Notes under the pieces: generated by a model
The model's database searches: none
What the model was told of the DNA's origin: nothing
What the model saw: the letters and a program-made list of their open reading frames with translations, nothing else
Program-made: the position numbers and the translations under genes
Shown here: positions 26,054 through 35,441 of the stretch, piece by piece
Numbering within the stretch: position 1 is the stretch's first letter
How the letters are laid out: every line of letters begins with the position of its first letter
Origin: a virus
Taxonomy: Duplodnaviria; Caudoviricetes
Length of the DNA stretch: 64,000 bases
Virus record (IMG/VR): IMGVR_UViG_3300022602_000026
Strand: one strand, 5' to 3'

Positions 26054-26455
26054 ATGGCAACAAGAAAACCCAAAGCAGAAACAGAAGTTAAAAAAGCTCC
26101 GGCTCGAAAGACTGCGAAGAAACCCGCAGTAGAAAAGACTGCAAAAGATATTGCAACAGAAAAAGGCGAGCCCTGGGTCAGTGTTATTAGCGTTGAATTA
26201 GATCCAGAGAACATTGGCAATGGTGCATTTGAATTAGATTGGAATGACAAGTTTATTACCAATTTGGTAAGGCAAGGATACCAAAGCAAGCCGGGCGAAG
26301 AAGAAAGCGTCATAGTCGACCGTTGGTTTCAAACTGTGTGCAAAAATATTGCCATGGAAAGTTACGAGCAATGGGAAGCAAATCAACCAGTAGATGCACG
26401 TCCTAGAATAATTGATCGACGTGACGTTGGCGGTGGACGTACCGAGGCAAGTTAA
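26054..26455 (+). CDS. Hypothetical protein with Lys/Ala-rich N-terminus
   Basis: 133 aa; AAGGA RBS. Confidence 0.7.
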   Translation: MATRKPKAETEVKKAPARKTAKKPAVEKTAKDIATEKGEPWVSVISVELDPENIGNGAFELDWNDKFITNLVRQGYQSKPGEEESVIVDRWFQTVCKNIAMESYEQWEANQPVDARPRIIDRRDVGGGRTEAS

Positions 26456-26695
26456 ATGGAAGGTTTAAAACCACCACGCACACTGAAGTTTTATCAATTG
26501 ACCAAACTGTCAATCAGTGGTGGTCTTTATATAACTCCGGCTGGCATTGGCACCGGCACTATCGGGAGCGGTATATTTCGAACCCTGGATGAAGCCGAAC
26601 AAAATCGCACAATGGAAATACTCAGAGACAAAGACGGCACAGGCACTTATCATGTGTTTGAATTGGAATTCCCTAACCCGGCGTATCAAGAATGA
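26456..26695 (+). CDS. Hypothetical protein
   Basis: 79-aa coupled ORF. Confidence 0.6.
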   Translation: MEGLKPPRTLKFYQLTKLSISGGLYITPAGIGTGTIGSGIFRTLDEAEQNRTMEILRDKDGTGTYHVFELEFPNPAYQE

Positions 26696-27402
26696 TATTA
26701 TATGTAAACGGTGACAGCCATAGTGCTGGTCATGGCACTAAAAATCCTGCAGGCATGGCCTATAATGATTCAAAATATTTTGAACTAGGAGATGCTCCGC
26801 ATCCAGACAATTTGCCCTATAGTTATGGCTACTTGGCAGCGCAGGATCTAGGACTAGATCTAGTTTGCCAAGCCGAAAGCGGCAGCAGCGTTGAGCGTAG
26901 CATACGAATGACTAAAAAGTTTGTATACCAAACAAATCAAAATGTTTTTGTATTAATTGGTTTTCCGTCCATAGAACGAGAAGAATGGAATTATAAAGGT
27001 CAATGGTTTCAAATTAATGCCAGTGGGCATAACATATTACCCGACGGGTTACAAACACGATACAAAGAATGGATTGCTAAATACGATAACAAGGTATGGC
27101 ATCGACGTGCACTTTATTTAAACGATGTGATACGGGATTTTCACACTTGGTTAGACACGCGAAATATTCCGCATTTGTTTTTTAATACCGAACAAAGTTT
27201 ATCGGCAAATACAACACATTACCAGTTTGACAATAGTTATTTGGGTGCATACGATAACACACTTATCTACAGTCATTGGCTTCGAGCACAAGGACATGTA
27301 CCCGACGAATGGAGTCATTTTGGAGTCGACGGGCATCGAGCTTGGGCAGACTTTTTAAAACCATTTATAAATGATAATATACGTAAACGGCGACAGTCAT
27401 AG
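26692..27402 (+). CDS. SGNH/GDSL-like protein (tandem paralog 1)
   Basis: MILYVNGDSHS, ESGSS, REEW, HFGVDGH. Confidence 0.6.
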   Translation: MILYVNGDSHSAGHGTKNPAGMAYNDSKYFELGDAPHPDNLPYSYGYLAAQDLGLDLVCQAESGSSVERSIRMTKKFVYQTNQNVFVLIGFPSIEREEWNYKGQWFQINASGHNILPDGLQTRYKEWIAKYDNKVWHRRALYLNDVIRDFHTWLDTRNIPHLFFNTEQSLSANTTHYQFDNSYLGAYDNTLIYSHWLRAQGHVPDEWSHFGVDGHRAWADFLKPFINDNIRKRRQS

Positions 27403-28081
27403 TGCTGCCGCAGAAGCAGTCAACAACTACGCCTTTGCCGAAGACGATCCCCAGTTCTGGGCATTGGGCCGTAAGCCACATCCCGATAATGAACGTGTGA
27501 GTTATGGATGCCATATAGCAAATAAACTGGGTGCTATACTACACTGTGATGCTGAAAGTGCAAGTAGTAACAGTCGTATATTCCGTACCACACAAGATTA
27601 TCTACGATGCTACAGTAAACCCGATTTACTCGTAATTGGCTGGAGTACTTGGGAACGTGAAGAATGGTGGGACGATGTTACACAGAGATATTGGCAAATT
27701 AATGCCGGGGGCATTGGCGAAGATTGGCCACAAAGCATCAAGGATCGATATAAGAATTGGGCTTTAAAATTAAACTATCAAGCATCAATTAATAAATCAC
27801 ATAGAGCTATATATAATTTTCATCGCAAGTTATTAAACGATGGAGTAATCCATTATTTCTTTACCTGCTACGAACCATTTGCTCATGTAGAAAAACTGGA
27901 TTGGAGCGATTGCTATCTAAATCCGTATGATAAAGACTACACTTACTACAATTGGTGTCAGAATCAGGGATTCAAAACAGTTAATCCCAAGAGTTACCAT
28001 TTTGGGGCAGATGCTCACGAGGCCTGGGCCGAATTTATATATCCCAAAATTGTCCAAAGTTGCTTGACACGTAATGAATAA
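27371..28081 (+). CDS. SGNH/GDSL-like protein (tandem paralog 2)
   Basis: MIIYVNGDSHS, ESASSN, REEW, HFGADAH; same length (236 aa) as its neighbour. Confidence 0.6.
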   Translation: MIIYVNGDSHSAAAEAVNNYAFAEDDPQFWALGRKPHPDNERVSYGCHIANKLGAILHCDAESASSNSRIFRTTQDYLRCYSKPDLLVIGWSTWEREEWWDDVTQRYWQINAGGIGEDWPQSIKDRYKNWALKLNYQASINKSHRAIYNFHRKLLNDGVIHYFFTCYEPFAHVEKLDWSDCYLNPYDKDYTYYNWCQNQGFKTVNPKSYHFGADAHEAWAEFIYPKIVQSCLTRNE

Positions 28082-28092
28082 TATGCTATTAT
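28064..28092 (+). promoter_or_regulatory. sigma70-type promoter, AATG-spacer class
   Basis: TTGACA-cgtAATGaataatatgc-TATTAT with extended -10 TG. Confidence 0.75.
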
Positions 28093-28098
28093 TATGAC

Positions 28099-29094
28099 AT
28101 GAAATACTTAATCGTTGATACTGCTAATACATTCTTCCGTGCACGTCACTCGGCCGCTCGCCAAGCAGACACTTGGGACAGGTTGGGCTTTGCTGCTCAC
28201 GTCACACTCAACTCTATTGCCAAAGCATACCGCGAACAAAAAGCAGATCATGTTGTGATCTGTTTAGAAGGACGTAGCTGGCGCAAGGACTTTTATGCCC
28301 CGTACAAAGCGAACCGTGCAGTTGCAAGAGCCGCGCTCACAGAAAAAGAAGCCGAAGAAGATAGACTATTTTGGGAAACTTTTGACGATCTCAAAACGTT
28401 CTTCTACGAAAAGTCAAATTGTACTGTTCTCCGGCACGAAGCATTGGAAGCAGATGACTTGGTGGCAGGATGGATACAAGCACACCCACAGGATTCACAT
28501 GTAATTGTCAGCAGTGACACAGACTTTTATCAACTACTTGCAGACAATGTTGTACAGTACAATGGTATCAGTGACGAGCTTCATACACTGGCGGGTATAT
28601 TGGATAAGAAAGGCAAATTGGTTATAGATAAAAAGACTAAAGAGCCTAAACGGATTCCCGATCCCAAATGGATCTTGTTTGAAAAATGTATGCGTGGCGA
28701 TGCTACTGACAATGTGTTTAGTGCTTATCCAGGTGTGCGTACCAAAGGCACTAAAAACCGAGTGGGCCTACAAGAAGCATTTGAAGATAGAAACAACAAA
28801 GGATTTGCGTGGAACAATCTCATGCTTCAACGTTGGACTGACCATAACGGCGTCGAGCACAAGGTTCTAGATGACTATCATCGTAATGTGACCATTGTGG
28901 ACTTGACGGCTCAGCCCGATGCAGTTAAAATGAACATAGCAAAAACTATCGCAGAAAATAGCGTGCCAAAAGACATACCACAAATTGGTACTAAGTTTTT
29001 GAAGTTTTGTGGCAAGTATGATTTGAAACGTATCAGTGAAAACATTCAAGGTTACGTGGACTTTTTATCAGCAAGTTATCCGGAGAAGACATGA
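28099..29094 (+). CDS. rnh: T4-type RNase H / 5'-3' flap exonuclease
   Basis: LIVD..N, WRK..Y..YKANR, EADD, SSDTD, GDATDNV...PG. Confidence 0.9.
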   Translation: MKYLIVDTANTFFRARHSAARQADTWDRLGFAAHVTLNSIAKAYREQKADHVVICLEGRSWRKDFYAPYKANRAVARAALTEKEAEEDRLFWETFDDLKTFFYEKSNCTVLRHEALEADDLVAGWIQAHPQDSHVIVSSDTDFYQLLADNVVQYNGISDELHTLAGILDKKGKLVIDKKTKEPKRIPDPKWILFEKCMRGDATDNVFSAYPGVRTKGTKNRVGLQEAFEDRNNKGFAWNNLMLQRWTDHNGVEHKVLDDYHRNVTIVDLTAQPDAVKMNIAKTIAENSVPKDIPQIGTKFLKFCGKYDLKRISENIQGYVDFLSASYPEKT

Positions 29095-29630
29095 TTACAC
29101 TAAAGCAATGGCTAGAGCTGGCCAATTACCGAATCACAGAAGGTGACCGTTATTTGTGGAACTGCTACGGCAAGGACACATTTATGTTGGCCAATTGGAA
29201 TGGCATACATGGACGAGGTGGGTACAGCATTGACATTGTATTTGATACAAAAACGCAAACAGTATACGAAGTTTCAGCACATGACTTTACCAACGAACGT
29301 GCATATCGAATGATCAATCCCCTGTATGCAAAAGCACATGCCGAAGAAGCTGCCACACGTAGTATCGACATGAACACAGCATGGGACGGTGTTGACTACA
29401 CAGATCTAGACGTTGAAGAAGACTTTGTGGAAAAGGCCACTGCTATTGTTAATGGCCGAGAGTACGACACACGAGTTATGATACAATTGGAACTTGACAG
29501 TGATCTAGAGATGGCGATTTATCGTAATGCACATAGGTTAGATATGACTGTGAACGATTACATACAAATGGCACTGGTTGAAATGATTAAGTCTAAAGCT
29601 CCGGAACTATTGGAGACTGTGGATGCTTAG
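29091..29630 (+). CDS. Hypothetical protein
   Basis: 179-aa coupled ORF. Confidence 0.7.
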   Translation: MITLKQWLELANYRITEGDRYLWNCYGKDTFMLANWNGIHGRGGYSIDIVFDTKTQTVYEVSAHDFTNERAYRMINPLYAKAHAEEAATRSIDMNTAWDGVDYTDLDVEEDFVEKATAIVNGREYDTRVMIQLELDSDLEMAIYRNAHRLDMTVNDYIQMALVEMIKSKAPELLETVDA

Positions 29631-29991
29631 TGGGCTAACTGGAAGTCAATACATTAATACCTCGGGCAATGAAGTCGCTGGCGGTCCATATATCAATGCC
29701 GATACTCCGGTGCCTGCCCCAGCTAGGGGTGCTCTGAGATTTAACAACGCCCGCATAGAAACATGGGATGGAAATTATTGGACCCAAATCTATGGACCAT
29801 ATGGATCAGTAAGCCTAACCCCCGACGCCGTTGAAGCAATTAACTGGGTACGTGAAAAAATTACGATGGAACGGCATATTGAACAACTTGCTCAAGACCA
29901 CGTGGCAGTTGCAGATGCACTGGCCACTGCAAAGGAAAGTTTAGACCGTCTACAGGTCGTTGTAGCACTAACAGACAAAGGATTAAAATGA
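29623..29991 (+). CDS. Hypothetical protein
   Basis: 122-aa coupled ORF. Confidence 0.65.
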   Translation: MLSGLTGSQYINTSGNEVAGGPYINADTPVPAPARGALRFNNARIETWDGNYWTQIYGPYGSVSLTPDAVEAINWVREKITMERHIEQLAQDHVAVADALATAKESLDRLQVVVALTDKGLK

Positions 29992-30311
29992 TTAAATGGT
30001 TATGTAACAAAATAGTACAATGGGGTCAAGATTACGACAAATGTGATGAAGCAGTGTATGCCAGTCCCGTTACCACCGGTAAACCCACTAGACGCAAAGG
30101 CCATCGTTTAGGTGCCGACTTTGACAACCCCGACATTCCCAGAACATTTAGATTTGATGTCAGTGTGGGCCGTGGTGGTGTTGTGTTAATTACAAGACGC
30201 TATGATCCCAAAAAGGACGAGACTGTTGAGATCTTAAATGTCATACATGATGACCAAGACATTTCTGCTCAGGTTGGACAAATTGTAGCAATGGAAATGA
30301 TCAAGTCATGA
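29988..30311 (+). CDS. Hypothetical protein (paralog of the next gene)
   Basis: C-terminal FRF.V..G.GG.V...I.DD.D....VGQIV.M pattern. Confidence 0.65.
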   Translation: MIKWLCNKIVQWGQDYDKCDEAVYASPVTTGKPTRRKGHRLGADFDNPDIPRTFRFDVSVGRGGVVLITRRYDPKKDETVEILNVIHDDQDISAQVGQIVAMEMIKS

Positions 30312-30712
30312 AGGAACTTGCGGATCGTAAACATCGGTATGATAAAGCATACAATGTATTATTTCCAAAGCCCCGCAGTTGGAGATTGAGATTTTTTCAT
30401 TGGCTCACTCAAGGTAGAATAATATTAGAGGAAGAAAACAAAGTGGCAACAAACGCATATCAATCAGCATACGGTCAACTGCAAACTGTAACATTGGCAA
30501 ATCCCAGCAGTAGTATGAATCTACCGGGTATTAGTTTTAAAATAACTAGTGCCAATGGTGGTACTATTATCTCAGTAAACGAAAGCGCACCGCAATATAC
30601 TCTTGGAGCCAACGGCAGTTCGGAAGAACTTTATATTATACCCGATGGTGTAGAGGATTTTGATCGCGAACTGGGCAAAATAATTACAATGTATAGGATG
30701 AAACAAAAATAA
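30308..30712 (+). CDS. Hypothetical protein (paralog of the previous gene)
   Basis: C-terminal ISF.I..ANGG.I...IIPD..D....LGKII.M pattern. Confidence 0.65.
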   Translation: MKELADRKHRYDKAYNVLFPKPRSWRLRFFHWLTQGRIILEEENKVATNAYQSAYGQLQTVTLANPSSSMNLPGISFKITSANGGTIISVNESAPQYTLGANGSSEELYIIPDGVEDFDRELGKIITMYRMKQK

Positions 30713-31182
30713 TGGAAGCAATAGCCAAACCCGTAGTCAAAGACAAATTCTGGATTGTGGAGCAGTATGGCAGTAAAATTGCCACTATCCAAGCAGTGGA
30801 CGAAAATGGCGGATTTGTTTATGTGCACGACAACGAACGCGAGCACTTTCCCAGTATCAAACTAATCAGTAAAAAGTACAACATACAATTTGTCAAAGCC
30901 GAAAAGCCCAAGAAAACAATCGAGCACGATATCTATGGATTTCCTGTTAGTGGCACTCCTTGCAATCAAGTACTGGATGTGCAAAGATATTTGCCAATTT
31001 ATACCAAGGGCAATAAAAGCAAAAGTTTCTTCTGCGCCGGTTATTATTTGATCAAGTTTGGTACCAATTGGACACAACAATTTTGTCCCAAATTAATTAC
31101 TTTGAATAGATATGAATATCAAGGGCCATTTAAAACCATAGAATCGGCTCAACAATCAATGAGAGAAATGAATGGAAGATAA
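30712..31182 (+). CDS. Hypothetical protein
   Basis: 156-aa coupled ORF. Confidence 0.7.
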   Translation: MEAIAKPVVKDKFWIVEQYGSKIATIQAVDENGGFVYVHDNEREHFPSIKLISKKYNIQFVKAEKPKKTIEHDIYGFPVSGTPCNQVLDVQRYLPIYTKGNKSKSFFCAGYYLIKFGTNWTQQFCPKLITLNRYEYQGPFKTIESAQQSMREMNGR

Positions 31183-31390
31183 ATTAAGTATTCATGTACG
31201 TGCATTCAACGAAAAAGTTCGTATAATGAACTCGAGTCAACGAAAAGATCTATTGCTGAGTGCACAAGAAGCAAGAAATCTTCATGCTGACATATTTGCA
31301 TTGTTATCACAAATAGCAGAACTGCAGACTCAACCACGAAGTGAACCCGAATCTCGCCAAATTCTAATGGATGGCGGCGGTTTCAAATAA
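31172..31390 (+). CDS. Hypothetical protein
   Basis: 72-aa coupled ORF. Confidence 0.6.
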   Translation: MEDKLSIHVRAFNEKVRIMNSSQRKDLLLSAQEARNLHADIFALLSQIAELQTQPRSEPESRQILMDGGGFK

Positions 31391-31437
31391 TATACATTGT
31401 TATTGGAGATAAATAAAATGTATATCAAGGAAAAAAG

Positions 31438-31728
31438 ATGTCAAGACCAAAGCCAACAGTATTGTTGGATCATGTAAATAAAACAAATTACAAAAGTGAT
31501 CAAGTTTTAGCCAGTGAAGGAATCTGGGCAGTATTCTACGATAATCAACCCATTAATTTAAAAACTCACAATGTATTAATTGCGTATCCCGGGCCGAAAT
31601 ACAAAAAAGTAAGTTTTTCAAATTCGGGACATGCCATTAATTTGTGTAAGAAATTAAATACTTTATTCAAGACAGATAAATTTACAGTAGTCTTGTTAAA
31701 GCAAGGTGACACAATCTACAAACCCTAG
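31438..31728 (+). CDS. Hypothetical protein
   Basis: 96 aa; AAGGA RBS; ATAAATA at 31409-31415 upstream. Confidence 0.7.
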   Translation: MSRPKPTVLLDHVNKTNYKSDQVLASEGIWAVFYDNQPINLKTHNVLIAYPGPKYKKVSFSNSGHAINLCKKLNTLFKTDKFTVVLLKQGDTIYKP

Positions 31729-32083
31729 TCGACAAAAACATTGGCAAAATCTAGCAATAGAAAAGGCAGGGTATAATCCACGACGAGATTTTACTAATAT
31801 CAATACCACCTGGTGGTTTAATGGTATAAACCCAGACAGCCTACGACTCAGCCGAACCGGTGCACAATGGTTTGACGAAAACGCCAAATTTGGATTTTAT
31901 CTTGTTAAGTTGGCCAAACCCATAACTGGTCGACAAATGTTACAATTGGAAAAGTTTTTTGCCTGCCCGTACTATCTAACCACTAAAAGCATATATCTCA
32001 TAGATGAAGCCACATTTATTATGTTGCAATTAAATGCCGGAAATCTTGCACAATATTTAGACAATTTAGAAGACAATCAGTGA
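31706..32083 (+). CDS. Hypothetical protein
   Basis: 125-aa ORF. Confidence 0.6.
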   Translation: MTQSTNPSRQKHWQNLAIEKAGYNPRRDFTNINTTWWFNGINPDSLRLSRTGAQWFDENAKFGFYLVKLAKPITGRQMLQLEKFFACPYYLTTKSIYLIDEATFIMLQLNAGNLAQYLDNLEDNQ

Positions 32084-32084
32084 T

Positions 32085-32113
32085 TTGACCATTAATGGCA
32101 ATTTGTATATAAT
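32085..32113 (+). promoter_or_regulatory. sigma70-type promoter, AATG-spacer class
   Basis: TTGACC-attAATGgcaatttgta-TATAAT. Confidence 0.8.
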
Positions 32114-32146
32114 AGTAATTGCGTATTTAATTTACCAAGGAACACT

Positions 32147-32650
32147 ATGAATCCCGATCGCGACCTCGCAGTAGACAGTGCCAAATTTGAATACATCTGG
32201 CCCAAGGCCTATCCCTATTATTCCAAGATCCCGCTTGTGACAAAGTTTGTACGCAAACTGGTCCAAGACGACATTATTGGACTAGGGCAGATGTTTGAAA
32301 AGGCAATCAGTGTGCAATGCCGAATTGTACGCGAAAGCACGAGAGGGCGCGACTTTAAAAATGGTGATGATGCCAAATTGGTCGTAGTTAGGACTCATAC
32401 TCGCGGTACAGCTTATGCTGCTCCGGTCACCAACATTCATGCCAAGACCGGAAACTTGTTGATAGCGGTGTACGAGCGCAAACAAAAGAAATGGTATCAC
32501 TTCAAGATCCCGTATGCGGCATACAAACATATTCCTGCGTCAAGTAACATTGACATTGTGTTTGAACTGGATGGAACGCCCAAACGAAAAAATCGTCAAA
32601 GCGTCAATTGGTGGAATTACGAAGTCGCGACCTTTAAGGATCTAGCATGA
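32147..32650 (+). CDS. Hypothetical protein, possibly PD-(D/E)XK nuclease-like
   Basis: G..FE.AI ... RDF..G.DAK pattern; weak. Confidence 0.4.
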   Translation: MNPDRDLAVDSAKFEYIWPKAYPYYSKIPLVTKFVRKLVQDDIIGLGQMFEKAISVQCRIVRESTRGRDFKNGDDAKLVVVRTHTRGTAYAAPVTNIHAKTGNLLIAVYERKQKKWYHFKIPYAAYKHIPASSNIDIVFELDGTPKRKNRQSVNWWNYEVATFKDLA

Positions 32651-33696
32651 GTTATTTAGATGTAATACGTACCAAGTACGATATTAAAGACTACAAAGAA
32701 GCAAAAGTAGAAATACCCAAACTTCCCACAGAAGGTATTGTGTTGATTGTGGGCACTAGTGGTAGTGGCAAGAGTACTATACTACGAAGTTTAGGCGAAC
32801 TCAAGCAACCCTACATAGATGATGAAGCCTATGTAATCGATAACTTTAGCTCACCCGAACGCGGTGAAGAACTGTTGTTAAGTTGTGGATTGCGTACTAT
32901 ACCTGCTTGGTTTAGACCGCCTGTTACACTCAGCAATGGTGAACGGCATAGATTTGAAATGGCCATGAGTTTGGATCAAGGTATCAACACCATTGATGAA
33001 TTCACCAGTGTGGTGGATCGTGATACTGCCAAGAGTTTAGCATACAGTGTTCGCAAGTATTATGATCGACAGGCAGACGGTAAGCCGTTATACATTGCCA
33101 GTTGCCACAGGGACATAGTAGAATGGTTAGACCCCGACTACGTATATGACACGGACTTACGTGTCTTAGAAAACCGGAGGTCACTTCATCGATTGGGGCG
33201 ACCCTCCATTACTCTCACCATCCGCAGCGCAAGTAGCACGTATTGGCGACTGTTTGGTAAGTATCACTATCTAGACACTGCACTGGCCAAAGGTGCACAT
33301 TGTTATGTGGGCCTAATAGACAACAAGCCGGTGGTGTTTGGTGCTGTTATTCATAGCACCAGCGGAACACTACACAGTTATTGGCGTGGTCATAGAACTG
33401 TGGTGCTACCCGAGTTTCAAGGCCTGGGTATTGGATCGGCATTCAGTGATGCAGTAGCAGAAATATATCACAGTCGCGGCCTGTTGTATTACAGCAAGAC
33501 TGCACATCCTGCGTTTGGCGAGCATAGGAATCGTAGTCCTCTATGGCAAGCCACTAGCACCAATGGCAAAAGTCGTGCTAACAGTTATTTAAACAAGGAT
33601 GGCACCAAGCGAGCCATGCCCGGCTATGGTGGAACTACTGTGGAACGCGATGCAGCTCGTGTGTGCTATTCACACAAATACATTGGAAAAAGTTAG
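32647..33696 (+). CDS. ABC-ATPase/GNAT acetyltransferase fusion
   Basis: GTSGSGKST Walker A, LSNGE signature, IDEF Walker B, ASCH H-loop, then RTVVLPEFQGLGIG GNAT motif A. Confidence 0.85.
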   Translation: MSYLDVIRTKYDIKDYKEAKVEIPKLPTEGIVLIVGTSGSGKSTILRSLGELKQPYIDDEAYVIDNFSSPERGEELLLSCGLRTIPAWFRPPVTLSNGERHRFEMAMSLDQGINTIDEFTSVVDRDTAKSLAYSVRKYYDRQADGKPLYIASCHRDIVEWLDPDYVYDTDLRVLENRRSLHRLGRPSITLTIRSASSTYWRLFGKYHYLDTALAKGAHCYVGLIDNKPVVFGAVIHSTSGTLHSYWRGHRTVVLPEFQGLGIGSAFSDAVAEIYHSRGLLYYSKTAHPAFGEHRNRSPLWQATSTNGKSRANSYLNKDGTKRAMPGYGGTTVERDAARVCYSHKYIGKS

Positions 33697-34088
33697 GCAC
33701 TAGCAAGTTCTTGTTCACCTTGCGGAGTCAAGAACCAAAATCCATCGCCAGGAGTTACAATCAATCCCGCACTTTCTAGACTGTCATAAACACGTTGTTG
33801 ACTATCTGTAACGCCACGTATGTCTTGTTGAAAGTCTAATTTATGGTTATTAGCAACGTCAATTGCTTTCAACAACAATAGTTTGCCGTATCCTTGCCCT
33901 AGAAAACGGCCGTCAACTTCCACTTCATTATTGACATCATCAGTGTCAGGATCTCGAACAAAATTAAAATGACCTATGCGTTTGCCCTGAGCCGATAAGG
34001 TGATTTGAAAACTACTTGCGAAATTGTCAGGTGTATGTACTGCAAATTGTAGTCCCGATGATTCTGTTAGGATTTCTGTTATTCGCAT
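33693..34088 (-). CDS. GNAT acetyltransferase-like protein with MRITEILTE leader
   Basis: VEVDGRFLGQGYGKLL motif A. Confidence 0.7.
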   Translation of the reverse strand: MRITEILTESSGLQFAVHTPDNFASSFQITLSAQGKRIGHFNFVRDPDTDDVNNEVEVDGRFLGQGYGKLLLLKAIDVANNHKLDFQQDIRGVTDSQQRVYDSLESAGLIVTPGDGFWFLTPQGEQELASA

Positions 34089-34702
34089 TATGTGTACACC
34101 AAACTGTCTATTCTTTTGTAGCGAATGTTAAATGCGTTCATTAGTAATTCTACTTCGCGCAAACATTGATCTCGTGCCCCGCCAACTATATAAGCACCAC
34201 TAAAACGTTTTAATTGTGCAATACTGGTCCAATTAACACTAATAGGATCATCTTCCATTTCCTGCATAGCACCCATGATCAAACTCTGTTGTGGAGTGCG
34301 TCTGTTAGATGCAGGAAATTGTAATTCTCTACTGTCACTTTTCTTTTGTTGATATAGTTCACGTATAGTGGCAATAATTGTTGCAGACTCTATTCCCGAA
34401 TCCATCCAGCTTCTTAAATAACCATAGCCTTTGTCCGCTATTTGAACTCTACGCCAATTCTCAGGAGCAAATCCCGAATCGTCCCAATATTCTTTAATAC
34501 TTTGAATAGTATCTCCACTGAGTCCTTGATCTTCTGCGTTGACAAACATCAATACTGGTCCGGTTTGATGGTTTACAAATTGAATAATTTCTGTGAATAC
34601 GGAGTTTTCATCACCGTCATTCATGCCCGAATATTCAGGTTGTACATCCACCACTATAACAGGGTGTGCTCGGCCTTCTGTGATGATTTCTTGTATACGC
34701 AT
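34088..34702 (-). CDS. Isochorismatase/cysteine-hydrolase-fold protein with MRIQEIITE leader
   Basis: VIVVDVQPEY N-terminal motif; IVGGARDQCL catalytic-Cys region. Confidence 0.55.
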   Translation of the reverse strand: MRIQEIITEGRAHPVIVVDVQPEYSGMNDGDENSVFTEIIQFVNHQTGPVLMFVNAEDQGLSGDTIQSIKEYWDDSGFAPENWRRVQIADKGYGYLRSWMDSGIESATIIATIRELYQQKKSDSRELQFPASNRRTPQQSLIMGAMQEMEDDPISVNWTSIAQLKRFSGAYIVGGARDQCLREVELLMNAFNIRYKRIDSLVYT

Positions 34703-34711
34703 TATATTGGG

Positions 34712-35437
34712 TTATTTCATATCTGCAAGTGGGTCAAACAACACCACGTGACCATCACTGCCCATGGCGTAGTTGTTTATGTTGTCAAAATCAACATACA
34801 CATTTCCGTTGTATAATCGGTATGAATTTTTTCGTGCTATTCCTACTAAATCTAACACTGTTTGAACAAATTGTTGTAATTTTTCTTCACCGCCCAAATA
34901 AGTGATAGCAGTTGCTACCCACAGTTGTTCTTCTCTACTGGCTCGTGGATTTTGAAATTGACTCTCAGAGTCTTTTCTGGGCTCCTTGTCTACAAATCTT
35001 TTTAAGAATTGCTGGTATACGTTTTTGTTTTGAGCGTTATGGTATATCCAATTTGCCATGACATAAACCCCCCTCACTACTCCTTGACGCCCTTTAAACG
35101 GAAACAATCGTTCCATTCTGATCTGCAAATAGGGACGACCTTGATACATAAACTGATTCCACCCCGACATCTGTGGTAGAAATTCATTGTCAGGATGTTG
35201 TTGGCAATAATCAGCAAACAATTTAAAAACTTTTTGTGGCCTAGTAAGTTCACCTGCGACATCATCTGACTTGAATAAGTTTGTGCCCAATATCTTGAGC
35301 ACCATGCCAGTATCAGGTTCTAAAAAGGCCATACTGTCACCGCCTTGACCAAGATATTGATATCCACGACTGATTAAGTCAGCCTTGATGCTGCGACTGT
35401 GTGCTGAGGCTTCTGTAAGGATTTCTGTTATTCGCAT
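34712..35437 (-). CDS. Protein-kinase-like protein with MRITEILTE leader
   Basis: LGQGGDSMAF Gly-loop, VLKI, RMERL, DFDNINN, VLFDP; start placed at 35437 from the shared leader. Confidence 0.6.
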   Translation of the reverse strand: MRITEILTEASAHSRSIKADLISRGYQYLGQGGDSMAFLEPDTGMVLKILGTNLFKSDDVAGELTRPQKVFKLFADYCQQHPDNEFLPQMSGWNQFMYQGRPYLQIRMERLFPFKGRQGVVRGVYVMANWIYHNAQNKNVYQQFLKRFVDKEPRKDSESQFQNPRASREEQLWVATAITYLGGEEKLQQFVQTVLDLVGIARKNSYRLYNGNVYVDFDNINNYAMGSDGHVVLFDPLADMK

Positions 35438-35441
35438 GTTG

